Positions 1 through 11,515 of a stretch of 64,000 nucleotides of DNA are shown here, piece after piece; position 1 is the stretch's first letter, and each line of letters opens with the position of its first letter. The DNA comes from Eledone cirrhosa (taxonomy: Eukaryota): assembly GCA_964016885.1 (NCBI GenBank), contig OZ024742.1:61008001-61072000 (forward strand), written 5' to 3'. Position numbers and translations under genes: made by a program. Under the pieces are notes generated by a model that saw only the letters and a program-made list of their open reading frames with translations, was not told the origin of the DNA and searched no databases.

Positions 1-1129
1 CACAGCGAAAGCATTTCGGGCGTTTGCCCTCAACACTTATGGGCAGTTGAGTGCCGTTATCGAAGTCTATCACATCCGGGATAGCTTCGATGCACTCCTG
101 GTTGGTTTGGATTAGCATCTCAATGGAGGAGCCGACCCAATCTTCTCTTACTTTTTTCTGTACTTGCAGTACAGTTGTTTTGTCCTCGATTCCGACGAGG
201 ACAGACGCGGCCAGCCAAGAAGGGGTCATTCCGGGGGGGACGTGGGTCAGTTTGACCCTCACAATTTTTTGCCCGCAGTAGGAGGGCACCAACACCATTT
301 CCTCGCTCCTTAGGGTCACTACTGATTGGGCCTTTGCCTCCTGGGGTGTGGCAAAAAGTACGTCTTCGGTGGCGTATTTTTTGCCTCGGGTGATGTGCGT
401 TTTCCTCTGCCACACAGACCCCAAGGCTTTTTGTATTTGGGCCTTTGTGGCTCTTTCCACCCTACGGGATTTTGTACTTACTGTACGGTACGTGACCGTA
501 CAGTGCTCTTGGGTTTCGAAAAAATTTTTCGCTGCCTTGCAGATTGCTCGGTGTCCGTTCTTTGTCACCATCTTCTTCGCTTCCTCTAATTCCTCATTTG
601 TTATGAGGATTGTTTCCAAGTTTTTCGCAATACCTGCAAATGAGATTGGTTTTTCTCTGCTGTTGTTGTTGTCGTCAGAGCTGCTGGTACTTTTGTTGTT
701 GCTGCAGGTACTACGACTACTGCCTCCGCCGCTGTTGCTGTGGTTGTTGTTGGTGTTGCTGCTGCTAATGCTGTTGTTGTTTATGCTGCTGGTGATGCTG
801 TTGCGGCTGCTACTGTTGTTTGCATTGTCACTGTTGCTGTTGTTATTACGGCTGCTACTGCTATTATTCCTGACGTCAGACGAATGAACTGGGTTTTCGT
901 ATTTCCCGCACACCTGTTTCGTCGCTGTCGTCGTCGTCGTGGAGAAACCTTGCACGCTTTGCACGAGACTTTTCTTTTCTTTCGTCGCTTGCGAAAGAGA
1001 AGGGAGGGAGAGAGACACATTTAAAGAAGGGAGGGAGAGAGACAATCTTCTCTCTGCTGTAGTGATGATTGAGGAAGAAGAAGACGGAATGAGTGGGAGT
1101 GACGTATGAAATTTCTTTTTCGTAGCCAT
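1..1129 (-). CDS. ORF1p (Gag-like RNA-binding protein) of Tx1 element A, partial
   Basis: Manual translation MATKKKFHTSLPLIPSSSSS...; N/S-rich low-complexity N-terminus, then a region colinear with ORF1 at 5064-6974, ending at the start of a CxxC knuckle at the window edge. Missing from the ORF track because there is no stop codon in the window. Confidence 0.8.
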   Translation of the reverse strand, partial: MATKKKFHTSLPLIPSSSSSIITTAERRLSLSLPSLNVSLSLPSLSQATKEKKSLVQSVQGFSTTTTTATKQVCGKYENPVHSSDVRNNSSSSRNNNSNSDNANNSSSRNSITSSINNNSISSSNTNNNHSNSGGGSSRSTCSNNKSTSSSDDNNNSREKPISFAGIAKNLETILITNEELEEAKKMVTKNGHRAICKAAKNFFETQEHCTVTYRTVSTKSRRVERATKAQIQKALGSVWQRKTHITRGKKYATEDVLFATPQEAKAQSVVTLRSEEMVLVPSYCGQKIVRVKLTHVPPGMTPSWLAASVLVGIEDKTTVLQVQKKVREDWVGSSIEMLIQTNQECIEAIPDVIDFDNGTQLPISVEGKRPKCFRC

Positions 1130-1342
1130 GTTTTTTTGTTTAAAATGAAATTTTGGGTACAAAACCCCAATAACTGGTTATTTAACCCCGAAGGGCCAAA
1201 TAACGGACAGAAAGACCCCTCTCACGAGGAGGAGGGTGTCTTTATTAACAATTTGGTTCAAGTTTTAAACAATTTACAATTGTTTTAACGGTTAAAAATT
1301 ACTATACCTTACAGAGCCGAGCCTCCGTCAACCATGGCATTC
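1..1342 (-). mobile_element. Tx1/L1-clade non-LTR retrotransposon A (5' UTR + ORF1; runs off the window start)
   Basis: The open minus-strand frame from ATG 1129 to the window edge is homologous to ORF1 of the neighbouring element (e.g. EDWVGSSIEMLIQ...IPDVIDFDNGTQLPISVEGKRPKCFRC vs DDWSGVDLEILLQ...IPDHIRLQNGRVLHIMTEGKRPHCFLC). The 5' end abuts (AAT)6 at 1343-1360. Confidence 0.85.
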
Positions 1343-1360
1343 AATAATAATAATAATAAT
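1343..1360 (+). repeat. (AAT)6 microsatellite between Tx1-A and Tx1-B
   Basis: Read directly. It follows the AATAAA signal of Tx1-B (minus strand, 1368-1373). Confidence 0.95.
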
Positions 1361-1612
1361 GATTTCATTTATTGGCCACAAGGGCCGACATATAGGGGAC
1401 AACACAATAGACAGGGACAGTGGGGGTTTACATAGAGATCGAGTAAGTATAAATAACAAAAAACAAAATAACAATAAAAATACAACAATGAAAGTTCCCC
1501 AATAAGAGGGATCACCACCCAGGGTTGACTCACGCACCCCACCAGTCCTGAGCCACCCGACGCTCCTAGGGCACCCGGGAAGGGCACCCCTCTCCTTCTC
1601 GAATTCACCAGC

Positions 1613-4600
1613 CTACAGGCGCATGATCAGAGTAGGCCCACTCACACGGGCCATTCTCGCCACATTCACCCACCTTTCAGTAAATGTACTGGGGGGCAGC
1701 ACTTCTCTCTCCACCCTCACCTTCCTTTCCAAGTGAAACTTGAAGAAGTTGATGAGGGATTGGCCGAAGAGAAAAGTGACTGTCTTCAGTCCTTTCAACC
1801 TGGTCCACCATGCAACCTCTTTCGCTACTGCCACCAGGCAGAGGAAAATTGCCTGCCCTTCCTGACCAAAAGAAGGCGGCGGGTCAATCTTCACTATGGA
1901 CTCGGACGATAGCCGGATCCGTTCTACACGCGACAATAGCTGTTCGACATAACCCCACAAGTCAGCAATGCACGGACACTGGACGAGTGCGTGCAGAACG
2001 GTTTCGTCGCTCTGCGCGCATCTCGGGCAGGTTCGTCTGACAGCACTTCCGTGCCTGTAGAGTTTATCCCGAACCGGCAGCGCCCCCCGGTAGCACTGCC
2101 AAGCGAGGGATTTCTGGAAGTTATCCATCGTCCCCGGCTCGAAAGTCCTCCGGAACATACTGGTCAGTTCTACTTCGTTGACGCCCAGAGCCTCTCCTAG
2201 TACGTCATCGCACTTGCCCTCCACTAATCCTCTATAGAAATCTTGAGTGGAAGTTCCACTGACCGCATTGCCCACCTTGCAGAGTGCAGTGAGCGCCTGG
2301 CAACATTCCAGATGCCAGTCGCCCAGTCTCGGTCTCTTCTTGACCCAGGACTGCAGCTCAGTCAAAGAGATGAGCTGCGGAAAGGCCCGTCTAACAAACG
2401 GCGACCACACCTGTTCACCGTTTAGGCAAAATATCTGGAGATGTCGCAGCCTCAGCGCATGTCTGCGCATCATTAGCCACGGCATGCCCAGCCCTCCACG
2501 AAGAGGGTGCTGGCAGCAGATGGACCGCCTCACCAACGGGACCCGTCCCCTCCACAAAAATTTGAAAAGGAGCCGTTCCAAATTGGCGAGGCGTGGACGG
2601 GGGCAAGGCACGACGGTCAGGCGGTAGTAGATGACGGACGCGATGTACGCGTTCGCCACCTCCGCCCGCCCTTTCAGTGATAGCTTTCTCTCAGCCCATT
2701 TCTGGGTGAGGTTGGCTATCCTGCTCGTCACCTCGTCCCAATTCTTATCCACCTGGAGGTCTGGTCCGAACCAAACCCCGAGCAACTTTACCGGTCCGTC
2801 TGTCCAGCGCCCAACGACGCTGTTGGACGGCATGGACTTGCCTCTCCAGGTGCCGAGCTGCAAGCCCACCGACTTTTCCGGGTTAAGTTTTGCTCCCGTC
2901 AACCTTTCATATTCCTCCAAATGGGTGCGGATCACCTCGATTTCCGAGGTGTCCGACACCATCACGGTGATGTCGTCCGCATAAGCGGACGCAGCCTTTC
3001 TACGTCCCGGTTCGAGCGGGATGCCCTGCAACAACTCCAGCTTCCGCAGTAGAGGCTCAAGAGTCAATACGTACAGAAGTGAGGAGAGAGGGCACCCTTG
3101 ACGGACCGATCGAGAGATCTGAAACGGTTCCGAGAGGTGGCCATTAACTTTGACCACCGAGCGGATGCCGCTGTACATTGCAGCGATCCAGCTTCTGAAG
3201 ACGGGGCCGAAGCCAGCCGCCTCGAGGACAGCCTCCAAGTACCGATGGTCGACCCTATCGAATGCTTTCGATTGATCTAAATTGATCAGAGCCCCACCGA
3301 AGCCAGGTTTGCACCCAACCCTCTCTATGATGTATCGCATGAGGTGGAGGTTGTCGTGTATGGACCTGGTCGGGATTGCGCAAGTTTGCGCCTCCCCAAC
3401 CAAATCTTTGACGACAAGCGCCAACCTTTTCGCTAACACCTTGGCCAAAATCTTAAACTCTGTGTTGAGCAGGGTTATGGGCCTGAAATTATCTAGTGTG
3501 TCCCTCTTGTTCTCGTCTTTCCTTATCAGCGTCACTACGCCACGGCTCACAGAACTGGGAATGCTCCCGTTCTGCTGCCAGTTGCAGTAGAGCGCTTCGA
3601 GGAGATCGGAGAACAAGTCTGGCATATTTACGTAAAGCTCGTAGGGCAGACCATCCAAACCGGGTGACTTGCGACTCGAGCAGCCGACAAGGGCGTCCTG
3701 AATTTCGGCTGATGTTATCGGCTCTTCGCAGCGCTCAGCGTCGGCCGTCGAGAGGCGTGGCAAGCCGTCGAGGTAGGGACTGAAGTCCGCCGCCATCTCC
3801 GACTCACCCATCCTCCCGAACAATCGAGCAAAGTGCTGGCGAAAGGCCTCACACATCCGCTTGGAATCGCTCAGTTCGTGTCCATCTCGATCCGTCAAAG
3901 ACCGAATTGTGGTTTTATTTCCACGCTGCGTCTCTGCAAAGCGAGCCCATCGGGCAGCTTTGGTTCCCTCGTTCCTCAGAGCACGCGCCTTAGCTCTGAC
4001 AATGCAACCTTCGTGTTTCGCATTGAAGAAATGGTCTAGTGCCATTCTCGCCGCTAGCACGTCCGTTGCAATGCCACTACAAATAGCCTCGTCTAACTTA
4101 GCTATCAGCCCCTCCTCCTTTCTATTTTTCTCTATTGCTACTTCTTTGCTAAATCCTATCGAGGTTGCTCTAATCTCTCTTTTGAGTGCCCCCCACCACC
4201 TGTTGTTGACAACCCCCCCCCTGTCAACTTTTGCTTAACTAAGTTGTTGACCCGGTCCCTGTAAGCTTTACGTGCCGGAAACGACATGTTTAGCTTCCAG
4301 TAGCTAGGTCCTAACCTACGTGTCTTATCTAGGTCGACCATACAGATCACAAGCTTGTGATCTGAATAGGCAACCGTTTTAAAATGTGGACATCCTACAC
4401 TATTTCTATCTCTTTTCCTAATGAAAATCCTATCTATGTACGATCTAGATGACCCTATGCGATTGGTCCAGGTCCATACTGGCGCATTAGGGAAATCTAG
4501 TCGGTACCTGTCAGACAGTTGAAACTGGCTGATCAGGTACTTGAGGCTTTTGCACCCCCCGCTCCTATCAGATACTCCCACACAATCCCAGCGTGCTTCT

Positions 4601-5034
4601 AAGATGCCATTCCAATCCCCTATTAACAGTAAAGGGCGAGACGTAAGCAGAAAGTTTTCCAGGCGCCTAAAGAAGTCCGGCCGACCGGCCCCAGTAGGGG
4701 CGTAGACGGCCACCAGTCTAAAGGCACCACCTTCGCTATTGCTCACGTCCAGGACCACCAACTTTCCGTCAGGATCCCGGAAGATTGACCTTACCTCGAG
4801 ATCCAGACATTTCCTAAACAGCACAGCCACTCCACCTCCCATTCCCGGCCGACTAACAGATGCAAAGATCTGATAATCGTCGAAAATCGGCGCCAGTGCG
4901 CGTGTGTCGGAAATTCTGGTCTCGCTGATGGCAATTACATCCATTCCTAGTGACCTGAGGTCGTTGAGCAAGTGACCTTGCTTCCAGGGCGACCCCAGGC
5001 CACGAACATTTAAACTTCCTACTCTTATGGCCAT
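1613..5034 (-). CDS. ORF2p: APE endonuclease + reverse transcriptase + C-terminal CCHC zinc finger; one frameshift at the C9 tract 4213-4221
   Basis: APE motifs SLNVRGL, ISET, VYAP, GDWN, SYIDRIF, SDH. RT motifs KSPGLDGLP, NFRPITLLNTEFKILAK, LDQSKAFDRV, SVRQGCPLS, YADD. Zinc finger CPRC...ETVLHALVQC. The ORF-track pieces 4156-5034 and 1613-4060 join if the homopolymer is 7 or 10 nt long. Confidence 0.93.
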
Positions 5035-5063
5035 GCTGGCAGGATGAATGGGAGAGGAAAGGT

Positions 5064-6974
5064 TTACTTACCTTCCGGGGTCTTGTGAAGGTCGGGTGGT
5101 TCGACCTCCATGGTTTGTGGGGTTTCTTTTGGGAACCCCTTTAATAGTCTTGACGTGGGTTTTACGTTCGGGGTTCCCACATCCCGAGGAAAGCTCTTTC
5201 GAATTTCTTTGTATGAAGCGAGCGACATTCGCATCAGAAGCAAATTATCTGGTACGCGAAATGTGCTCGCTTCAAATGTTTCCCCGTCTTTTTCGATGTT
5301 TGTGCTTCGTGCTACATGGGCCATCAATTCCGTGTTGGCCCTTCTGGCAAGCACGAAGTTTTTAATGTTTTGTTGCTCGGGTTTTATTTGTTCGTGTGAT
5401 TGTGTTGGTGATAGCTTTGTTAGTGTTGTTTCTATTGTGTCTGCGTTTGTTGTGGGTGGGGTGTCTGTAGTTTCTGATGTTTGTGTGTCTATTTGTTCTT
5501 GTGTCTGTTTAGCTTGTTTGCGTTTGGGGGATTTTGGTGGTTGTGTTGGTGATGCTGTGGGGAAAATGTTTGTGTGGGTGGTGTGTGTATTTTTTTTTGT
5601 GGGGGTGTTTGTGCTTTGTGGATTTCTTTTTTTTTTGTGTTTTGTTTTTTGTATTTTGGGGGACTTTGGTTTTCCCTCATCTTCACTGCTGGAGGATGAG
5701 GGGTCTGTGGCTGTGAGCGTGTTTGTGTCTGAGTGAGTGTTTATGTTCTTGTTCGTGTGTGTATTTTGGGGGGGAGGGGGAATGGGAGAGCTTTCCTCGT
5801 TTCCCCCCTGGGTGTGCAATTTTGGTGGTTCCATTGTTGACGGTGTTGCTGGTGGTCCTTGTCCCGGCGTCGCCAGCAGTGGAATCTTTCGACCCCTTGC
5901 GCTTTTCGGCAGTTGAGGGCAGAAGGCTCGCAAGTGTGTCGTTTCCCCACAAAGGAAACAATGCGGCCTTTTGCCCTCAGTCATTATATGCAACACCCTC
6001 CCGTTTTGGAGGCGGATGTGGTCCGGGATTGCTTTCACGTTTTCGGGTCTGATTTGGAGCAGTATCTCCAGATCAACCCCGGACCAGTCGTCCCTGGCAG
6101 TTCTCGTTGCCTCTACCGGGACTGTATCCGTTCCTTCCACGATTACGCAACCCAGGAGCCACCACATATCAAGTCCTGGTGGAATCCTGGGAATGCGCAC
6201 ACGTGCTATTCGTTTTCCCATGTGGGAGGGGTACATTATGACCTTGCTGGTTTTGCAAGGGGTCATTGAATGCTTCACAGCGAGGGCTTCAGACTTGAAC
6301 AGCACCGAAACGGTGCCGTATTGCCTGCCCCTCTCTATGAAGTCTGTGTCCTCTCTGATGTATTTCAGTGCGGCTTCTATGTCAGCTTGGGCGATTATCG
6401 CTGCCCTCTTTGTCTCTACTGAGATGCATCTGAAATGCACCGTTCTTTTTTTCCCTGCCTCAATGGCTTCTGCCGGGACAGTTAAGTTTGCCCAGGTCTG
6501 CTCTTGATTTATGATTTTCCAGGCCTGGGCCAACTTTTCCTCTCTGTTGGTTAAGTCGATGCTGTAGCATGGTCTCCTTTTAGCCGCTGCCACAGCAGCG
6601 AAAGTGTTCTTGTTGGTGTTGTCACTGTTGTTGTTCTTGTTGGTGTTGCTGCTGCTATTGCTGTTGTTGTTCTCCCCTGTGTCGTGGTTACCTTCTGTGC
6701 TGTTGGCCTTGTTGGTGCTGCTGCTGTCGCTACTATTACTCTCTGTGCTGTTCGTTTTGTTGGTGCTCTCGCTATTACCACCTTCTGCGCTGTTCGGCTT
6801 GTTGGTGTTGGTGTTGTCGCTGTTACCACCTTCCGCGCCGCTCGGCCCGTTGGTGCTGGCACTGTCGCTGCTCACATTCGTGCTGGTGGCGCTCCTCACC
6901 TCACCTCTCCTCTCAACGCTCAAGTCGCCGTTGCACGACAGCAGACCTGCCTCTAGGGGGCGTGGCTCCGCCAT
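5064..6974 (-). CDS. ORF1p of Tx1 element B (repeat-rich N-terminus, CX2CX4HX4C knuckle, T/K/P-rich tail)
   Basis: Open frame 5064-7019, with the likely start at ATG 6974 (MAEPRP). Contains the knuckle CFLCGETTHLRAFC and lies directly upstream of ORF2. Confidence 0.9.
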   Translation of the reverse strand: MAEPRPLEAGLLSCNGDLSVERRGEVRSATSTNVSSDSASTNGPSGAEGGNSDNTNTNKPNSAEGGNSESTNKTNSTESNSSDSSSTNKANSTEGNHDTGENNNSNSSSNTNKNNNSDNTNKNTFAAVAAAKRRPCYSIDLTNREEKLAQAWKIINQEQTWANLTVPAEAIEAGKKRTVHFRCISVETKRAAIIAQADIEAALKYIREDTDFIERGRQYGTVSVLFKSEALAVKHSMTPCKTSKVIMYPSHMGKRIARVRIPRIPPGLDMWWLLGCVIVEGTDTVPVEATRTARDDWSGVDLEILLQIRPENVKAIPDHIRLQNGRVLHIMTEGKRPHCFLCGETTHLRAFCPQLPKSARGRKIPLLATPGQGPPATPSTMEPPKLHTQGGNEESSPIPPPPQNTHTNKNINTHSDTNTLTATDPSSSSSEDEGKPKSPKIQKTKHKKKRNPQSTNTPTKKNTHTTHTNIFPTASPTQPPKSPKRKQAKQTQEQIDTQTSETTDTPPTTNADTIETTLTKLSPTQSHEQIKPEQQNIKNFVLARRANTELMAHVARSTNIEKDGETFEASTFRVPDNLLLMRMSLASYKEIRKSFPRDVGTPNVKPTSRLLKGFPKETPQTMEVEPPDLHKTPEGK

Positions 6975-7183
6975 GTTTTTTTGAGAAAAAAAATTTTTTT
7001 TTTTCAAAATAAAGTTCAAATATTTGGGCCAAAAGGCCCAAATATTATGAGTTATTCCTTCACAGGATACAAATTAATGTCTTATAATGCTTCAGCGGTA
7101 CAAAAAATAAACAATTCTCTACAATTAATCCTCAAAAAATTGCTTACTCACGGAGCTTCAAAAAACGTACATCCACTTTCGTC

Positions 7184-7222
<39 letters not shown>
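7184..7222 (+). repeat. (AAT)13 microsatellite between Tx1-B and the Dong element
   Basis: Read directly. Confidence 0.95.
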
Positions 7223-7223
<1 letters not shown>

Positions 7224-8826
7224 GAGATAGTCTGTCCCCTCTGTTGTTCGCCCTTGCCCTGATGCCCCTGACCATTATACTGCGAAAAGTGAGAGCAGGA
7301 TACAAGTTGGGAAAGGGAGAGCTTACCATCAGTCACCTCCTCTTCATGGACGATCTTAAGCTCTCCGGGAAGAGTGAGAAGGAGTTGGAAGTGCTTGTTG
7401 ACACTGTCCGTATTTTCAGCAATGATATATGTATGCAATTTGGTATTAGTAAGTGTGGAGTCCTTGTGATGAAGAGGGGTAAATTGAGCAGAAGCAAAGG
7501 GATCCAGGTACCAACAGGTGAGATGATAAAGGAAATTGACACTGAAGAAGGATATTTGGGTGTTCTGGAGGCTGATGACATCAAGAACAAAAAAATTAAG
7601 GAATTGATAAGATCTGAATACATTCGGTGAGTAAGGAGCGTATTAAAGTCACATCTGAACAGTAGGAATGCCATAAGTGCATTAAATTCCCGAGCTGTGT
7701 CTATTATTAGGTACAGTGCGGGAATTCTGAAATGCAATGTTGCTGAACAAAACGAAATGGATAGGAAGACTAGGAAACTATTGACTATCTACAACATGTT
7801 CCACAAGAGGAGTGATGTCGATAGACTCTACTTAAGGAGATCTGAAGGTGGAAGAGGTCTTATCAGCATAGAGGACTGCGTTCAGATGGAGAAAAAGAAC
7901 CTACACAAATACGTGACTGATAATACGGAGTCAAATCTCAGAATTGTACTGAAGGAGAGGACAATAGACAAGGGGATGTCCAGCGAGGAAATAACAACAA
8001 GGAGAAAGAGCAGCCTTCATGAAAAATCCCTTCATAGTACCTTCTTTGAGAAAACTGAATTCAGAGATCCACAGACATGGAACTGGTTGAAAAGAGGAGA
8101 CCTTAAAAAGGCTACAGAAGGAATGCTAATGGCTGCGCAAGAGCAGGCCCTCAAAACGAAGTGGTTGAGACACCATATTTACAAGGAGGAGGCTATCCCA
8201 CTGGGCAGGATCTGTGGAGAGAGAGAGAGGAGACTGTGGCTCACATTGTATCCGAGTGTAAACACCTAGCCCAGACTCACTATAAGGGCTGGAGACATGA
8301 TGTGATGGGCAGGGTGATCCACTGGCACCTATGCAAAGTAAACAATTTACCACATTCAGAGAAGTGGTATGAGCATAAGCCTGAGTCGGTGATAGAAAAC
8401 GATCAGGTGAAGGTGCTGTGGGATTTTAGGATACAGACGGACAAAAAACTGGAACACAATAGACCTGACGTGGTGGTTTTGGATAAGGAAAAAGATCGTA
8501 CCTGATTGTGGATGTGGCCTGCCCATTCGACACAAGAGTGCAAGAGAAAGAGAGGGAGAAAATTAACCGATACAAGGACTTAAAGTGGGAGGTAAAAAGG
8601 ATTTGGAACTGTCATGATTGTCATAGGCGCACTAGGTACTATCTCAAAAGGTTTCAAGGGATGGTTAAGGAAAATTGGCCCCGCCACGCTTTTTGGAACG
8701 CTTCAAAAGGCATGCTTGCTGGGAACAGCAAGAACCCTCCGATACGTCCTGAAGGTAGTGGCTTGATATTCATTTCAACAAACTTTCCATTTAACCAACA
8801 TCAATGACTGAGACTCAAAGAACAAC
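7223..8826 (+). mobile_element. 5'-truncated, decayed Dong/R4-clade non-LTR retrotransposon (RT C-terminal half + CCHC + restriction-like endonuclease)
   Basis: Starts at GDSLSPLLF immediately after (AAT)13. Motifs ISHLLFMDDLKL, RLYLRRSEGGRGL, AAQEQAL, ETVAHIVSEC...RHD, LWDFRIQTD...HNRPDVVV, DVACPFD, LQKACLLGTAR. Several stops and frameshifts. Ends in (AAT)9 at 8827-8853. Confidence 0.88.
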
Positions 8827-9252
8827 AATAATAATAATAATAATAATAATAATATACTATTAATAATTATTAATTAATGCAACCGTGCAATGCCTGTGCG
8901 AGACGAATATCTTTAAAGTGAGGAAAGACAGTGCACTGAGCCAATCCCACTCTCTGAGCGACAGTAGCTATAACCCGAAAAGAAGAAAAGATCAACATCA
9001 TCGGTAACTACTGAACCGCAGGTTTTATGTCGGAGTTAACCCAGTTTTCTGAGATGTCTTCTCCTAGAAGAATGCCGAAACCGATATATAGATATATATA
9101 TGGTGGCTGCCAACTCGTTTTCGAGTACGGCCACTACTTTGTATCCATGTAGAAGAACCCCTACCGATGCGCTGAACAAGTGTGACTTTTTAGTCCAGCC
9201 AGCGACTTGGAAACTCTGGTACAAACACTACACTTGTGCCAATATATATGTG

Positions 9253-9665
<413 letters not shown>

Positions 9666-9669
9666 AATT

Positions 9670-10490
9670 GATAAATAAAACAAAACAAACACAGAGATGC
9701 AAAATTACGAAGTCTTATTAGGTTCACTCTTAGAGGAAGTAGACCAGGGTTCTATATTTCGGACGGATGTCCTTCGTCACGAATGTTCTGAAAATAGGCG
9801 TATGGAATTTGAGTGTTAAAGTTAGGAAAAGATTGATAGATCAGGGGCGGTAGGCGAGAGGTCCAGCATTCAGGAGTGGCGGCCGAAGTAGAGGATCTAG
9901 ATATGTTATGACTGTGATCGTGTGTGTCCTGATGGGATGAAATTAGTAGGTGTGCAGTACTACTTCAGTCTATGTATGTGTCTGAACACGAGGATGTTTC
10001 TGTGTCTTATACTGTTGGTTTCTCCACATTAGTGTGTGTGTGTATGTCTTAATGTCTGTGAGTTCTTTTTTTTTTGTCTATGTAACTTTTTTCTATTGTT
10101 TCTGTGCATAATAGTGTGTACCACTTTCTGTGTGTGTGTTTATTTTCACGTGGGTTTCTGATGAGTGTGTGTTTCTGTGTCTCTACGTGTGTGTTTGTGA
10201 CTTTCTGTACTGTCTGTAGCGGAATGGTTATGGAGGATGACCGTGTAGAGATATTTTAGGTCGATGGTGAAGGAGGTGGGCTAGGTGGAAAGATGAAGGA
10301 GTGAAAGAGGTGGAGGGTGTAGTTGGTGTCGGATATGTTGGTGGGGAGGGGGCTACTAGGTGTGACGAGTTCTGTGGGGCAATTGCAAGCGGAGGTGATA
10401 GGGCGGCGAGGGATATCGTGTTTGTGGATTTGGGAGATAAGATAGATGGTAGAGCTATGCGAACGCTGGATGTAGCAGGGTACAGGGGAT
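9670..10490 (-). mobile_element. Neptune-like Penelope element remnant (RT fragment, CA-rich 3' region, degenerate hammerhead)
   Basis: Minus-strand TIYLISQIHKHDIPRRPITSACNCPTEL at ~10360-10450, the same motif as at ~43900-44000. HHR-like ttc-gTGACGA-aggac-atcc-gtcc-GAAA-tata-gaa at ~9750-9783. Confidence 0.65.
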
Positions 10491-10519
10491 ATAAAACAAG
10501 TATTACATCAAGAAAAATA

Positions 10520-11500
10520 TAAACATCGGCGTGAAAGGGAATTAGGAATTTATTTACTTTAACATATGTTTCTGTGTCTATTATAATCGTCTACATATGC
10601 TGACTACAATATATATTGTTCAATCATAAGCAATACTTAATTATTTATCATACTTCATCCGAAAGCCTATAATGGTGGAAGTGACTATTCACTACGCGGT
10701 AGGATTCAGGAATGGGATTTTCGTTTAAGAAAATGTAAATGAATTAAAATCACAATAAAACTTTAGTCAGTTAGTGTGATAGTAGAGAGGAGAAGTGTGG
10801 GTAAAGAGTTTCACATTATCAATCTCTGTGCTGTTGTGTTGCACAATTATTCTTTGACCATTGGTATGGGTAAAGGTTTTGATGTTTAAGATATACGGTC
10901 GAAACCGTACAGAAGGTATAAAGAGAAGTACAGAAAAAGAGAGGGTAGAAATTAAAAGTAAGGTAGAGTGGGTAGGTAGGAAAGGAATTAAGAAAATGAG
11001 ATTATTTTGAGTATTATTGAATTCTTTGCGGGGCGGGGGGATGACAAGTTCAAATGCCACTGGAAATGTACTAAATAGGATGTAGTAAAACCTAGGTATT
11101 AGGGTTCGAATCTTGTCCTAGTCCAGTCTGTATTTAGTGAAGGTTTTTAGAACCTTGTGTTTGAAATTAAATACCCTATCATGTCGGGAAATTAGAAGGT
11201 CCTTTCAGGTCGCTATTTCAACTACCTCCGCCAAACATTATTCACAGGGGCATCTTTCTTTCCGGTATGGACGGGCGAATTTCAGCATGGACCATTGTTG
11301 TGTGTATTCAATATTAGCGCGCTTCAGATCCCATATTATTTTTACCAGGGCCGTAGATCTAGCTAGACTGGAATTCTTGAACGCGTGGGTGTGCACATAC
11401 CTTCTTTCCTTGAAAATATTCGAAGTGGCACCCACATATTTACATATTCCCAGTTTAAATTTGACCACACATTAGTGAATGATGTTTTTTTTACAAACTT
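10520..11500 (-). mobile_element. Naiad-like Penelope element 3' fragment (GIY-YIG endonuclease)
   Basis: KYVGATSNIFKERRYVHTHAF...STALVKIIWDLK...WSMLKFARPY...CE*CLAE at ~11200-11468. The extent of the 3' UTR is approximate. Confidence 0.7.
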
Positions 11501-11515
11501 ACCATATATATATAT

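Larger units (their letters stand above)
1361..7183 (-). mobile_element. Full-length Tx1/L1-clade non-LTR retrotransposon B (~5.8 kb)
   Basis: 5' UTR, ORF1 with CCHC knuckle, ORF2 with APE-RT-zinc finger, and a 3' UTR with AATAAA. Flanked on both sides by (AAT)n. Confidence 0.93.

Noticed and set aside
348-6984. Plus-strand Leu/Val-rich 'membrane protein' ORFs (348-887, 5110-5736, 6604-6984)
   Set aside because: They are antisense shadows of the N/S/T/K-rich Tx1 ORF1 sequences.
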